Assembly: GCA_002269645.1 (NCBI GenBank)
Contig: NIVC01002073.1
Location: 1 to 64,000, forward strand
Length of the DNA stretch: 64,000 nt
DNA from: Macrostomum lignano
Taxonomy: Eukaryota
Reading direction: 5' to 3'
Shown: one piece after another, positions 10,693 through 22,290 of the stretch
Layout of the letters: the number at the start of each line of letters is the position of its first letter
Position numbering within the stretch: the first letter of the stretch is position 1
The notes under the pieces: generated by a model
The model's database searches: none
Seen by the model: only the letters and a program-made list of their open reading frames with translations
What the model was told of the DNA's origin: nothing
Program-made: the position numbers and the translations under genes

Positions 10693-11510
10693 GTTGCTTG
10701 TTTTTGTCTTTTGCTTGTTTTTGTCTTTTGCTTGTTTTTGTCTTTTGCTTGTTTTTGTCTTCTGCCTGTTTTTGTCTTTTGATTGTTTTTGTCTTTTGCT
10801 TGTTTTTGTCTTTTGCCTGTTTTTGTCTTTTGATTGTTTTTGTCTTTTGATTGTTTTTGTCTTTTGCTTGTTTTTGTCTTCTGCCTGTTTTTGTCTTTTG
10901 ATTGTTTTTGTCTTTTGCTTGTTTTTGTCTTCTGCCTGTTTTTGTCTTTTGATTGTTTTTGTCTTTTGCTTGTTTTTGTCTTCTGCCTGTTTTTGTCTTT
11001 TGATTGTTTTTGTCTTTTGCTTGTTTTTGTATTTTGCTTGTTTTTGTATTTTGCCTGTTTTTGTCTTTTGATTGTTTTTGTCTTTTGATTGTTTTTGTCT
11101 TTTGATTGTTTTTGTCTTCTGCCTGTTTTTGTCTTTTGATTGTTTTTGTCTTTTGATTGTTTTTGTCTTTTGATTGTTTTTGTCTTTTGATTGTTTTTGT
11201 CTTTTGATTGTTTTTGTCTTCTGCCTGTTTTTGTCTTTGATTGTTTTTGTCTTTTGATTGTTTTTGTCTTTTGATTGTTTTTGTCTTTTGATTGTTTTTG
11301 TCTTTTGATTGTTTTTGTCTTTTGATTGTTTTTGTCTTTTGATTGTTTTTGTCTTTTGCTTGTTTTTGTCTTTTGCTTGTTTTTGTCTTTTGCTTGTTTT
11401 TGTCTTCTGCTTATTTTTGTCCTTTGTTTGTTTTTGTCTTTTGCTTGTTTTTGTCTTTTGCTTGTTTTTGTCTCTTTCTTACGGGTCTTTTGCTTGTTTC
11501 TTTTGCAACT
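10693..11510. repeat. 17-bp minisatellite (ttgtttttgtcttttg[c/a]) starting right after the zinc-finger stop codon
   Basis: Tandem units; about 800 bp versus about 350 bp in the inverted copy. Confidence 0.95.
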
Positions 11511-11852
11511 GTTGCTTTTGCTGGCGCTACCGTGTCAAAGCCCGTTTTTCAATGTACAAAATACAAAACTTACAAAAATATTTTCTGCCATTGTACAGAC
11601 CGATAAAACTATTCGTAAATCAGAGTTTCAGACTTTCTGTACTTTTCTTTGGTATTATCTAAAGATGTGCGCAATTGGCTACTCATAGCAGCACTGCAGA
11701 AATCATATTGAAATAAAAGTAGAATTTCTCGAGGAGTTTTGTGTTGGATGCAAGCTGTGAGACCCGGCTTTGGGGTGGCGATGATGCGACAGTATACTAT
11801 TATTCACGCAACAAGTTATGGTTTCATTTATAAGTAAAAAAGTAGCACTTAA

Positions 11853-11925
11853 TACCCCAGGAGGGACTCGAACCCTCAACCTCCGGATTAGAAGTCCGAC
11901 GCGCTATCCATTGCGCCACTGGGGC
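11853..11925 (-). tRNA. tRNA-Arg(UCU), intact, intronless
   Basis: 73-nt reverse complement identical to the 6005 copy except discriminator A; T6 terminator follows. Confidence 0.95.
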
Positions 11926-12154
11926 TGTTGTTAATCCGTTCCTATTGCAGTATTTGAGATTTAACGGTGAATTTCTGTGCGCTCACACAGCAGGTGTTTA
12001 AAGTGGAATGAAGTTGTCATGGCAGATTGAGAGCCTTAGGATAATTATCTATCTTGTTTCTGCGTTCGTTAATTGAACAACAGAACAATAATACCTTTTT
12101 ATCTCATTTATTCTCTCTCCCTCCCCTCTTTTCCCCTTTGCTTTTTCTTCCTTT

Positions 12155-12600
12155 CTGTGTCTCATGTCTACCCCTCCTCTCTGCTCTGTGCTGTCTCATG
12201 TCTACCCCTCCTCTCTGCTCTGTGCTGTCTCATGTCTACCCCTCCTCTCTGCTCTGTGCTGTCTCATGTCTACCCTCTCCTCTCTGCTCTGTGCTGTCTC
12301 ATGTCTACCCTCTCCTCTCTGCCCTGTGCTGTCTCATGTCTACCCTCTCCTCTCTGCCCTGTGCTGTCTCATGTCTACCCTCTCCTCTCTGCCCTGTGCT
12401 GTCTCATGTCTACCCTCTCCTCTCTGCTCTGTGCTGTCTCATGTCTACCTCTCCTCTCTGCTCTGTGCTGTCTCATGTCTACCCTCTCCTCTCTGCCCTG
12501 TGCTGTCTCATGTCTACCCTCTCCTCTCTGCCCTGTGCTGTCTCATGTCTACCCCTCCTCTCTGCTCTGTGCTGTCTCATGTCTACCCTCTACTCTCCCT
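12155..12600. repeat. 33-35-bp CT-rich minisatellite, second copy
   Basis: Same unit as 308-750, in the same position relative to a minus-strand tRNA. Confidence 0.95.
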
Positions 12601-12641
12601 CTGTTTGCAAAACAAAACCCGAAGATCTTTCACTTATCTTT

Positions 12642-12805
12642 CTCAGCCCCCTCACCCAATTCGAATCCCAAACCTCCTCGGGCCCGGCATGGCAACCCGG
12701 ATCGCTCGAGTCGCTCCAGCAGCCGCAGCCACCTGGGCTGGCCGAAAGGCGACCGCGAATTCCCGCTCGGAAACCGCTCGGAAACCGCTTGGCAACGGAC
12801 AGCTG
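12642..12805 (+). repeat. Dispersed GC-rich element, copy 3 of 3
   Basis: Matches 7478-7625 and, more weakly, 790-940. Confidence 0.8.
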
Positions 12806-13225
12806 TCTCCGGCTGCAGCCATCGGCCTCTCCAGCCCGCCGCTCTTAGCCTTTGAGTCCGCCTGCAAGTCGAGCTTTCGAATCGGTTCGAAAATCCCAGA
12901 GCTGCCTTAGCAACCGCCGCAGGCGCACCAGATTATCTTGAACTGTTGGATGGACTGATTCTAAAAATAGCACAGACTTCGGCCGACAAGCTGGGCAGCG
13001 CAGGCCACCCTGAGCCCCATGCAGAGAAAGCACAAAGCAGAAGATTTGTTTTATTATATTTTACTACCATTTATTGAATGAAACTAATTACTTGCAAATT
13101 AATGTTTAATATGATTTTAATATTAATGTAACTGAGCAAGAAAGTTTTTTGAAGTGTGAAAAATCAATTAAAAGTTACAGATAGACTATTTTAGGGCTCA
13201 AAGGGAGTCAGCGAGGACAAGGGCA

Positions 13226-13600
13226 GTCAGTGGGGTCAAGGGGAGTCAGTGGGGTCAAGGGGAGTCAGTGGGGTCAAGGGGAGTCAGTGGGGTCAAGGGG
13301 AGTCAGTGGGGTCAAGGGGAGTCAGTGGGGTCAAGGGGAGTCAGTGGGGTCAAGGGGAGTCAGTGGGGTCAAGGGCAGTCAGTGGGGTCAGGGGGACTCA
13401 GTGGGGTCAAGGGGAGTCAGTGGTGTCAAGGGGAGTCAGTGGGGTCAAGGGGAGTCAGTGGGGTCAAGGGGAGTCAGTGGGGTCAAGGGGAGTCAGTGGG
13501 GTCAAGGGGACTCAGTGGGGTCAAGGGGAGTCAGTAGGGTCAAGGGGACTCAGTGGGGTCAAGGGGAGTCAGTAGGGTCAAGGGGACTCAGTGGGGTCAA
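13226..13600. repeat. 19-bp G-rich minisatellite (ggggtcaaggggagtcagt)
   Basis: About 20 tandem units with two GGGG tracts each. Confidence 0.95.
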
Positions 13601-13852
13601 AGAGGAATTGTAGCGAAACTTGAGGCTGAGAGCGATGCGACGCAGGATTTGTGAGTTTATTTATTTGTACACCATTCGTATTGCTCTACTACTAATAATA
13701 AGGTAAGTAAATCTATTTAGAGAAAGTAAATATCTCGTAGTAATCCGCCCCTCTGACACTCCTCAATCCACCCCAATTTTCTAAATTCGATTCCAGGAAA
13801 CAATGGCGGTGATTCACAGCGGCTCGCCCCAGCCCCGCCAGGCTTTGAGCGT

Positions 13853-15345
13853 TCAGGGAGGTTCAGATTCAGGTTCCGCTTCAGGTCATTCAGATTCAGG
13901 TTCCGCTTCAGGTCATTCAGATTCAGGTTCCGCTTCAGGTCATTCAGATTCAGGTTCCGCTTCAGGTCATTCAGATTCAGGTTCCGCTTCAGGTCATTCA
14001 GATTCAGGTTCCGCTTCAGGTCATTCAGATTCAGGTTCCGCTTCAGGTCATTCAGATTCAGGTTCCGCTTCAGGTCATTCAGATTCAGGTTCCGCTTCAG
14101 GTCATTCAGATTCAGGTTCCGCTTCAGGTCATTCAGATTCAGGTTCCACTTCAGGTCATTCAGATTCAGGTTCCGCTTCAGGTCATTCAGATTCAGGTTC
14201 CGCTTCAGGTCATTCTAATTCAGGTTCCGCTTTAGGTCATTCAGACTCAGGTTCGGGTCATTCAGATTAAGGTTCGGGTCATTCAGATTCAGGTTCCGCT
14301 TCAGGTCATTCAGATTCAGGTTCCGCTTCAGGTCATTCAGATTCAGGTTCCGCTTCAGGTCATTCTAATTCAGGTTCCGCTTTAGGTCATTCAGACTCAG
14401 GTTCGGGTCATTCAGATTAAGGTTCGGGTCATTCAGATTCAGGTTCCGCTTCAGGTCATTCAGATTCAGGTTCCACTTCAGGTCATTCAGATTCAGGTTC
14501 CGCTTCAGGTCATTCAGATTCAGGTTCCACTTCAGGTCATTCAGATTCAGGTTCCGCTTCAGGTCATTCAGATTCAGGTTCCGCTTCAGGTCATTCATAT
14601 TCAGGTTCCGCTTCAGGTCATTCATATTCAGGTTCCGCTTCAGGTCATTCAGATTCAGGTTCCGCTTCAGGTCATTCAGATTCAGGTTCAGGTCATTCAG
14701 ATTCAGGTTCCGCTTCAGGTCATTCAGATTCAGGTTCAGGTCATTCAGATTCAGATTCAGGTCATTCAGATTCAGGTTCAGGTAATTCAGATTCAGGTTC
14801 AGGTCATTCAGATTCAGCTTCAGCTTTAGGTCATTCAGATTCAGGTTCCGCTTCAGGTCATTCAGATTCAGGTTCAAGTTCAAGTCATTTAGATTCAGGT
14901 TCGGGTCATTAAGATTCAGGTTCAGGTTCAGGTCATTCAGATTCAGGTTCCGCTTCAGGTCATTCAGATTCAGGTTCCGCTTCAGGTCATTCAGATTCAG
15001 GTTCGGGTCATTCAGATTCAGGTTCGGGTCATTCAGATTAATGTTCGGGTCATTCAGATTAAGGTTCGGGTCATTCAGATTAATGTTCGGGTCATTCAGA
15101 TTAAGGTTCGGGTCATTCAGATTAAGGTTCGGGTCATTCAGATTAAGGTTCGGGTCATTCAGATTCAGGTTCCGCTTCAGGTCATTCAGATTCAGGTTCC
15201 GCTTCAGGTCATTCAGATTCAGGTTCAGGTCATTCAGATTCAGGTTCAGGTAATTCAGATTCAGGTTCAGGTCATTCAGATTCAGGTTTAGGTAATTCAG
15301 ATTCAGGTTCAGGTCATTCAGATTCAGCTTCAGCTTCAGCTTCAG
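13853..15345. repeat. Complex 21/27-bp minisatellite (tcaggtcattcagattcaggttccgct) built from hexamer modules
   Basis: Read directly; includes an internal duplication of about 160 bp (14200-14360 vs 14360-14520). Confidence 0.93.
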
Positions 15346-15590
15346 CCCAATCAGCTACTCATAGCAGCTCTAACAGAACCATATGGAAGTGAAAGTAGAA
15401 TTGAATTTACTGGGAATTTAACAGATGAAAATCTCTCATGTTTGATAAAATGCGCTCCCTAATTTCTCGATGATTTTTGTGTCAGATGCAAGCTGTGAGA
15501 CACGGCTGTGGGATGGCGATGGCATACCAATCTACGGTGCAAAAAACAAATAATTACGGCTTAATTCACAAGTAAAAAAGTAGCACTCAA

Positions 15591-15663
15591 TACCCCAGGA
15601 GGGACTCGAACCCTCAACCTCCGGATTAGAAGTCCGACGCGCTATCCATTGCGCCACTGGGGC
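15591..15663 (-). tRNA. tRNA-Arg(UCU), intact, intronless
   Basis: 73-nt reverse complement identical to the 11853 copy; T6 terminator. Confidence 0.95.
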
Positions 15664-17871
15664 TTCGATAGTTGAACAAGCGAGTTTTGAACTTTAATTC
15701 TGAATTGCTTTGCCTGCTGAAAGCGGAGACTTCAATAGTGAGTAGCAGAAATTCTTGATTGGTGCTCAGCATGCAGAGCAGCTGTTTCACTATTAGACTT
15801 AGGAATTGAGTAAGTTGGAGTCAACTTTAACGTGCTCAATAATTGGCTCACAAGTCGAATGAGTTTGGTTGGGGAACACCTCTGGCTCTGAGCAACTGTT
15901 GGCACGAGATTGACAGAAATTTTAGCCGTTAATTTGTACCTGTGTGTGAGTATGCAGTTCATTTTTTGCTGCACTGCAGAAGCATGAGCAGGATAGCAAA
16001 AATAGGAAATATATTTATGTATACTACTTAGGAATTTCGAAATTAAATAATAAGCTGATTGACTCTCTATAAGTACTTCTTGATTTTAGCGCAGAATTTT
16101 GCTGGTATTTGCGTACAGATCCGAGTCAAGGACTACTAGACTTGAAGGACGCAACACTTGCAAATCGTGCAAAAATAGTTGAAGGCCGGTTATTAAAATG
16201 TCTGTATCTCCGAATCGGTTGCATGTAGAAGGTTAATTTTTTCGACAGATTTTTCAGACTTTTGTCCCCTACCAAGTAAGTCAGTTAGTTTAGTTTCCAG
16301 CTAGATGTAGATTCAGGAAATCCTGTACAATGGAGACACCCCATTTTTAAGCGTTTGATAGCTGTTCAAATCTTCAAATTTAGGAAGCAAAAATTCGTAG
16401 TAAAGTAGCTGAAAATCTTAAGCGCATTTTTTGTGAATACGCTGTGAATAACGAAGTGTTCCTAGTGGTCCTTGATCCGAGTGCGCACCAACCTCAGCAG
16501 TTGCCTAATGATAAGGCATCATTAGTCTTATTGATTTTCTATTGATGGGCAAGATATATGGACAAGATGGACAAGTGCTCCTGCTCAGGTAGATATCGAA
16601 TTCAGATTTAAAAGTTGCTCAAGCTTTTTTCATAAATGCTACCGGAGACCGGCAAGCAATAAAAGCGTAGGCAAAATTTCTGTTCTTATCTCACTGTTGG
16701 GGTTGTTCTAGTCGGATTTTTCTCCACCGATTTTATGGTGAAAACCCATATGGAGTGCTATATAGAGAAAGCATTTTTGTCAAATCAGTTTTCAAAATGC
16801 AAAAGTATTTTGAGCGTTTCTCCTCGCCGATATAATTTTTCTAACTTTTTCTTGACTATATGATGAATGATGAATCGATTTGTATTGTTTTGAGACCAAT
16901 ACCATAATCATTTTTATTGTTGAGAGCTTGGAGTCAACTTGGAGTCGCTATCTCAAAATATCGTCTTTTCAGGAAACAATATGTCCCTCTCTTGTTGTGC
17001 AGCTAAAAACAAGGAAGAAACTTAAATGATAAGGTTTAGATTTTGACAAATGTTTTTGTTTTATTAACTCGTGCGTCGTCTCAAATCTTTAAATTTTACA
17101 CTGAACTGAATAAATTAATATGTGCACGTCGGACGGAGGCGATACGCGATTAAAGTAGTTAGAGGAAGTAATTGAGTGATGTTAGGTCAGCATAGTGTCT
17201 ATAGACTACATGTCATAATTGTGTAAGCTACAGCTAGAACTGTAAAAAAAGTGTAATCGTTTTATTACCTTCCCGCCCTGTCTACTAATTCTAATTTTAA
17301 GCAGTACAGCATATATATTATACCGCAGTTTGCTCTCTGTCACTGTATTTATTAACCAACTTACCAACTATCTATCTAGTAGTTTCGTTAGAATTTTATT
17401 TATTTTTTTGTTGTTACATTGTAATATGTCAGATTTCTGTAGACAGAAAGACAGGTAGTTAGACATTTATTTATACCAGGGCTATTTTTCTTTTTGATGA
17501 CATGAAAAGTAAGAAATCCTAGGCCTAACTAAAGAGATTAAACTATATAGGCTTTAGTCAGTAGAATTTAGTCACTACTAAACCTAGGCTATAGTAGGCC
17601 TATATGTCCTTTAAAACATTGATTATTAAAGGAATCTTTTCTATTGAAAGACATTTTAAGCTTGTCTATCTATTGATTAAGTTATTATTGATTGTTTAGC
17701 ATTGCTATCTCAGACTTAGGTCAAGTAGAGGTCAGAAAAGATCTCATTAATCTCAGGATCAATATTCAAGATTTTGACTTTTTTTATCAAATCTGGATTA
17801 GGCCTAAATCTTAATTTTTTAAAAGCTTTTTGTTTTTAAGGGTCTAATTTTATATTTGATTTATTATATTT

Positions 17872-18036
17872 ATGGTATCCTATCAAATGTCCTTACCAAT
17901 CAAGGTCATCCACTTCATTATTCTGCTGAGTGTAAGTCTGCTTCACATCTACATAGCTCCTTACAACAAAGTAGAAGAGAGCTTCAACTTGCAGGCAACT
18001 CATGACATTCTGTACCATGGCTATAACCTATCCGCT
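17872..18036 (+). CDS. ALG12: ALG12 alpha-1,6-mannosyltransferase, exon 1
   Basis: [21 protein letters not shown] matches the ALG12 motif [16 protein letters not shown]; donor GTAAGT at 18037, phase 0. Start may be the ATG at 17887. Confidence 0.92.
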
Positions 18037-18095
18037 GTAAGTTCTTGCTTTCACATAGTATTATGGTTGTAATGTACATTCATATACATGCTCAT

Positions 18096-18615
18096 TAGGG
18101 ATTGAAATCCTGGGATCCCAGGATCCCAAAATCCTAGGATTGGGTCCAAATCCTGGGATTTCCAGTCCTGGGATTTGGGGTCCCAAATCCTGGGACTAAT
18201 TCTTGTTATTATTTTTTACAAAAAGTGTTATAATATGAACATAATTAGGCCCACAATTATAGTTTGTTATACTGTACTAATGTCCATTATTGCCTCATAT
18301 CATGTGGTGCCTTTTTAAACCCTGCATCATAGATTTAAATGTGAAATTTATTCTAATGTAAATTTTGATATATGATTGACTTCTTTACTACTAATTAGTA
18401 CTTTTATACTACTTACTTAAATATGTCACAATATGTTTTTCATCTACAAAAATATTATTATCTCTATAACAATAAAAATGGAAGCAAAAATATGTTTAGC
18501 GCATATTTTGCCTTAAAATTTCAACCCAGAAGCTTAAAAATCTGTATTTTTTCTGAGATTGGCCAAAGTCTGGGATTAAATCCCAGGATCCAATTATTGC
18601 AAAAACTGGGATTTT
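18096..18615. mobile_element. Decayed relative of the TAGGGATT/atcccgggat hAT-type element, in ALG12 intron 1
   Basis: Begins tagggattgaaatcctgggatcccaggatccc; the motifs at 18096-18200 and 18568-18615 are CpG-mutated versions of atcccgggat. No intact right end or TSD found. Confidence 0.55.
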
Positions 18616-18708
18616 TCTCAGTGTCAGGCATGTGCACTCTGCATGCGCAACTGATCTATAATAAAAACAAGACTCTTCAAAACTCCGACCTCCCTCCCCC
18701 ATCGCCAG

Positions 18709-19246
18709 TACGATCACAAGGAGTTCCCTGGCCCGGTGCCGCGCACCTTCCTCGGTCCACTGGCCCTGGCCGCTGCCGCCGCCCCGGCGCGGCTGCTGCT
18801 GCCAGCCGCCCTGGGACTCTCCGGCGCCGTCGATCAGCCCGAGGCGGCCGCTGTAGGGCACAGTCGCCTGCCGATGCTGTTCATTGTTCGAGCGCTGCTG
18901 GCCGCCGCGGTGGCCTGGTCCCTGGCCGACTTCGCCCAGTCGCTGGGCCCGGCAGCAGCCAGTTGGTTCGTGGCAATCTCGGCCAGCCAGTTCCACCTGC
19001 TGTTCTACGCGTCCAGGACTTTGCCCAATACGTTCGCTATGGCGCTGGCGCTGCCAGGCTTGCGCGCTCTGCTGCTGGATGGCGACTGGCGCAGCTGCGT
19101 GCGCTGGGCCGGACTGGCCGGGCTGCTGTTTCGCAGCGAACTCGGCCTGCTGTTCGGGCCGCCAGCTGTCTATCTGTTAGCTACTGGGAGGCTGCGACCT
19201 ACTGATGCCGTGCGGACGGCTGCGCCTGTTGCTGTTGGCTGCGCTG
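18709..19246 (+). CDS. ALG12: ALG12 exon 2
   Basis: cag|TAC GAT CAC: YDHKEFPGPVPRTFLGP...QFHLLFYASRTLPN...LFRSEL; donor GTGAGT at 19247, phase 1. Confidence 0.93.
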
Positions 19247-19369
19247 GTGAGTTCAGTTTATTTAACGTCAGTATAAGCTCTGTCAAACCGAATTCGCAAA
19301 CAACATGTCATCTCAGGTTGACAGCCAGCTACATAAAATAGATTCTCAGACTCTCCAAGGGAGGGGAAA

Positions 19370-20000
19370 TGTCAGATTCCCCAAGCTCCATAATAATCTC
19401 AGAATCCTCAAGCTCCATAATAATCTCAGATTCCCCAAGCTCCATCATAATCTCAGAATCCCCAAGCTCCATCATCATCTCAGATTCCCCAAGCTCCATC
19501 ATCATCTCAGATTCCCAAAGCTCACCTCAGATTCCCAAGCTCCATCATCATCTCAGATTCCCCAAGCTCCATAATAATCTCAGAATCCCCAAGCTCCATC
19601 ATCATCTTAGATTCCCTAAGCTCCATCAATCTTAGATTCCCCAAGCTCATCTTAGATTCCCCAAGCTCCATCATCTCAGATTCCCCAAACTCCATCATCA
19701 TCTCAGATTCCGAAAGCTCCACCATCTCAGATTCTCCAAGCTCCATCATCTCAGATTCCCCAAACTCCATCATCATCTCAGATTCCGAAAGCTCCACCAT
19801 CTCAGATTCTCCAAGCTCCATCATCTCAGATTCCCCAAGCTCCATCATCTCCGATTCCCCAAGCTCCATCATCATCTCAGATTCCCAAGCTTCATAATAA
19901 TCTCAGATTCCCCAAGCTTCATAATAATCTCAGATTCCCCAAGCTCCATCATCTTAGATTCCCTAAGCTCCATTATCATCTCCGATTCCCCAAGCTCTAT
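19370..20000. repeat. 24/27-bp minisatellite (ctcagattccccaagctccatcatcat) in ALG12 intron 2
   Basis: Read directly. Confidence 0.9.
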
Positions 20001-20053
20001 AATCTGCGAGTTCACCATTCACAAACCTGCATCAGCACTGAACTTCCCCGCAG

Positions 20054-21051
20054 CGCTCACTGTTGCCGTGGACTCGGTGTTCTGGGGCCGTCTAGTCTGG
20101 CCTGAGCTCTCCGTGCTGCTCTTCAACACCTGGCAGAACAAGAGCTCGCTATGGGGCACTCAGCCTTTCCTCTGGTACTTCTACTCGGCTCTGCCTCGGT
20201 GTTTGCTATTCTCGGCGCCGTTGGCACTTGCTAGCGCTAAATTGGCGCCGCGCGCCAGGCCACTACTGGCTTCGGCAGTAGTCTTTGTGCTGGCCTATTC
20301 CTGCCTACCGCACAAAGAGCTCCGCTTCGTGCTCTACTCTGTGCCGCTGTTCAACGCCTCCGCGGCCTGCGCTTGTGATGCTATTTTTAGCAACCGACGG
20401 GATTCCCCTCGAGAGAGGTCTCCCCCAGAAAAATCTGTGGATAAAGCAGGCGGTGAATCGATAGTAACATCAACCGAATCGCGTCGACGAATTACCGGAA
20501 ATCGGGCTTCGGCCGAGTCTAGCCCGGACTGTCCGGGTAGGGAATCTCCCAAGGCTCAGGGGGAATCCTGGGAATCCCCGCTGCTCATGACAGTCGGCCG
20601 GGTCTTCTGCCTTGGCCACCTGCTGGGTAACGCCGGGGCCGCCGGCCTTCTGGCCCTGGCGGCCGCCTGGAATTATCCCGGCGGCGAGGCCGTCAGCCTG
20701 CTGCACACCTACCTGCACTCCAGCGCGTCGGTGCACGTGCACCTGTGCAACTTGGCCGCCCAGACTGGCGCCTCGAGATTCTTGCAGTTGCACGACGCTT
20801 GGATCTATAATAAAACTGAGGGCCTCAATCTGCTCACCGACTATCGGCCATTTAGTCACGTGATCGCCGAGCCAGAGTTCGCGGACGCCGTCGGCCTGAC
20901 GCGGACCTGCCGAACCATCGGGGCCGTCTCTGCGTTTGACGGGTTCAACGGGTTCAAAGACCTGTTGGCCGAGGGTTTCTCCGGCCTGTGCTGGCACCGG
21001 CTGCTGAGGCTGCGTACGGCCCTGCTGATGCTGGAAAAGCCGCATGTTTGA
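20054..21051 (+). CDS. ALG12: ALG12 exon 3 (to stop); spliced CDS about 566 aa
   Basis: cag|CG CTC ACT GTT: LTVAVDS-FW...WYFYSALPR...LPHKELRF...NYPGG...AQTGASRFLQ; phase matches exon 2. Confidence 0.93.
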
Positions 21052-21074
21052 TTGACTTTTTCTGGAGTTAAGAG

Positions 21075-21868
21075 GGGAAGCGGTCTCCTGAAGAGTCTGG
21101 GGGGTAGAAGCGGTCTCCTGAAGAGTCTGGGGGTAGAAGCGGTCTCCTGAAGAGTCTGGGGGTAGAAGCGGTCTCCTGAAGAGTCTGTGGGGGGGGTGGG
21201 GTAGAAGCGGTCTCCTGAAGAGTCTGGGGGGTAGAAGCGGTCTCCTGTAAAAGTCTGGGGGGTAGAAGCGGTCTCCTGAAGAGTCTGTGGGGGGGGGTGG
21301 GGTAGAAGCGGTCTCCTGAAGAGTCTGGGGGGTAGAAGCGGTCTCCTGTAAAAGTCTGGGGGGTAGAAGCGGTCTCCTGAAGAGTCTGTGGGGGGGGGGT
21401 AGAAGCGGTCTCCTGAAGAGTCTGTGGGGGGGGGGTAGAAGCGGTCTCCTGAAAAGTCGGGGGAGAGGGTAGAAGCGGTCTCCTGAAGAGTCTGGGGGTA
21501 GAAGCTGTCTCATGAAGAGTCTGGGGGGGGTAGAAGCGGTCTCCTGAAGAGTCTGGGGGTAGAAGCGGTCTCCTGTAAAAGTCTGGGGGGTAGAAGCGGT
21601 CTCCTGAAGAGTCTTTGGGGGGTAGAAGCGGTCTCCTGAAAAGTCGGGGGAGAGGGTAGAAGCGGTCTCCTGAAGAGTCTGGGGGGTAGAAGCGGTCTCC
21701 TGAAGAGTCTGGGGGTAGAAGCTGTCTCATGAAGAGTCTGGGGGGTAGAAGCGGTCTCCTGAAGAGTCTGGGGGTAGAAGCTGTCTCATTAAGAGTCGGG
21801 GGGGGGGGGGTAGAAGTGGTCTTCTGAAGAGTTAGGGCTAGTAGCGGTAGAAGCGGTCTCCTGAAGAA
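21075..21868. repeat. 29-32-bp G-rich minisatellite (gggggtagaagcggtctcctgaagagtct)
   Basis: Starts about 24 nt after the ALG12 stop; G-run length varies between units. Confidence 0.93.
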
Positions 21869-22290
21869 TGATTGCTAAAATTCACCTGAAAGTTGTCTCT
21901 TAAATTATGTGCCAAAAGGGATTTAACTCCTTTTAACAGCAATTTGTAATGTTGATCTTATCATTTGAAAGCACATTATTCAGATTTTGGCACTTTTTTC
22001 GTTGTTTTTTATCGTTATGCATTCATTACATGCTACTTTGTGCAACTAAGTTAGTAGAGCGTTTGTGTCATGCACCATATTATTTCATTGATTTAAATTC
22101 AATAAACTTGTTAGCTTGGTATGGTAAAATCATCGATTTAATCCATAGCTATTTGTCGTAACTCGGTGACAGAAAATTTTCAAGAGTTTAAATTTCAGTT
22201 TTCTGACTTTATTTACTGTAGGGCTAATTCAGATTAGAAATTCACATCAAGGCAAAAAATTCTTCAGGTTGGTCGATATTCTAGTTTGTG

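Noticed and set aside
1060-12800. RFX X-box-like TGGCAAC sites in the GC elements
   Set aside because: Only half-sites match; the partner half is poor, so this is not distinguishable from chance.
13853-15345. Telomere-like hexamers (TTCAGG)
   Set aside because: Not TTAGGG, embedded in 21/27-bp units and flanked by ordinary sequence.
16118-16482. Short direct plus inverted match (gatccgagt and caaggactactag vs ctagtggtccttg)
   Set aside because: Too short, with no TSD or family evidence; at most a worn TE fragment.
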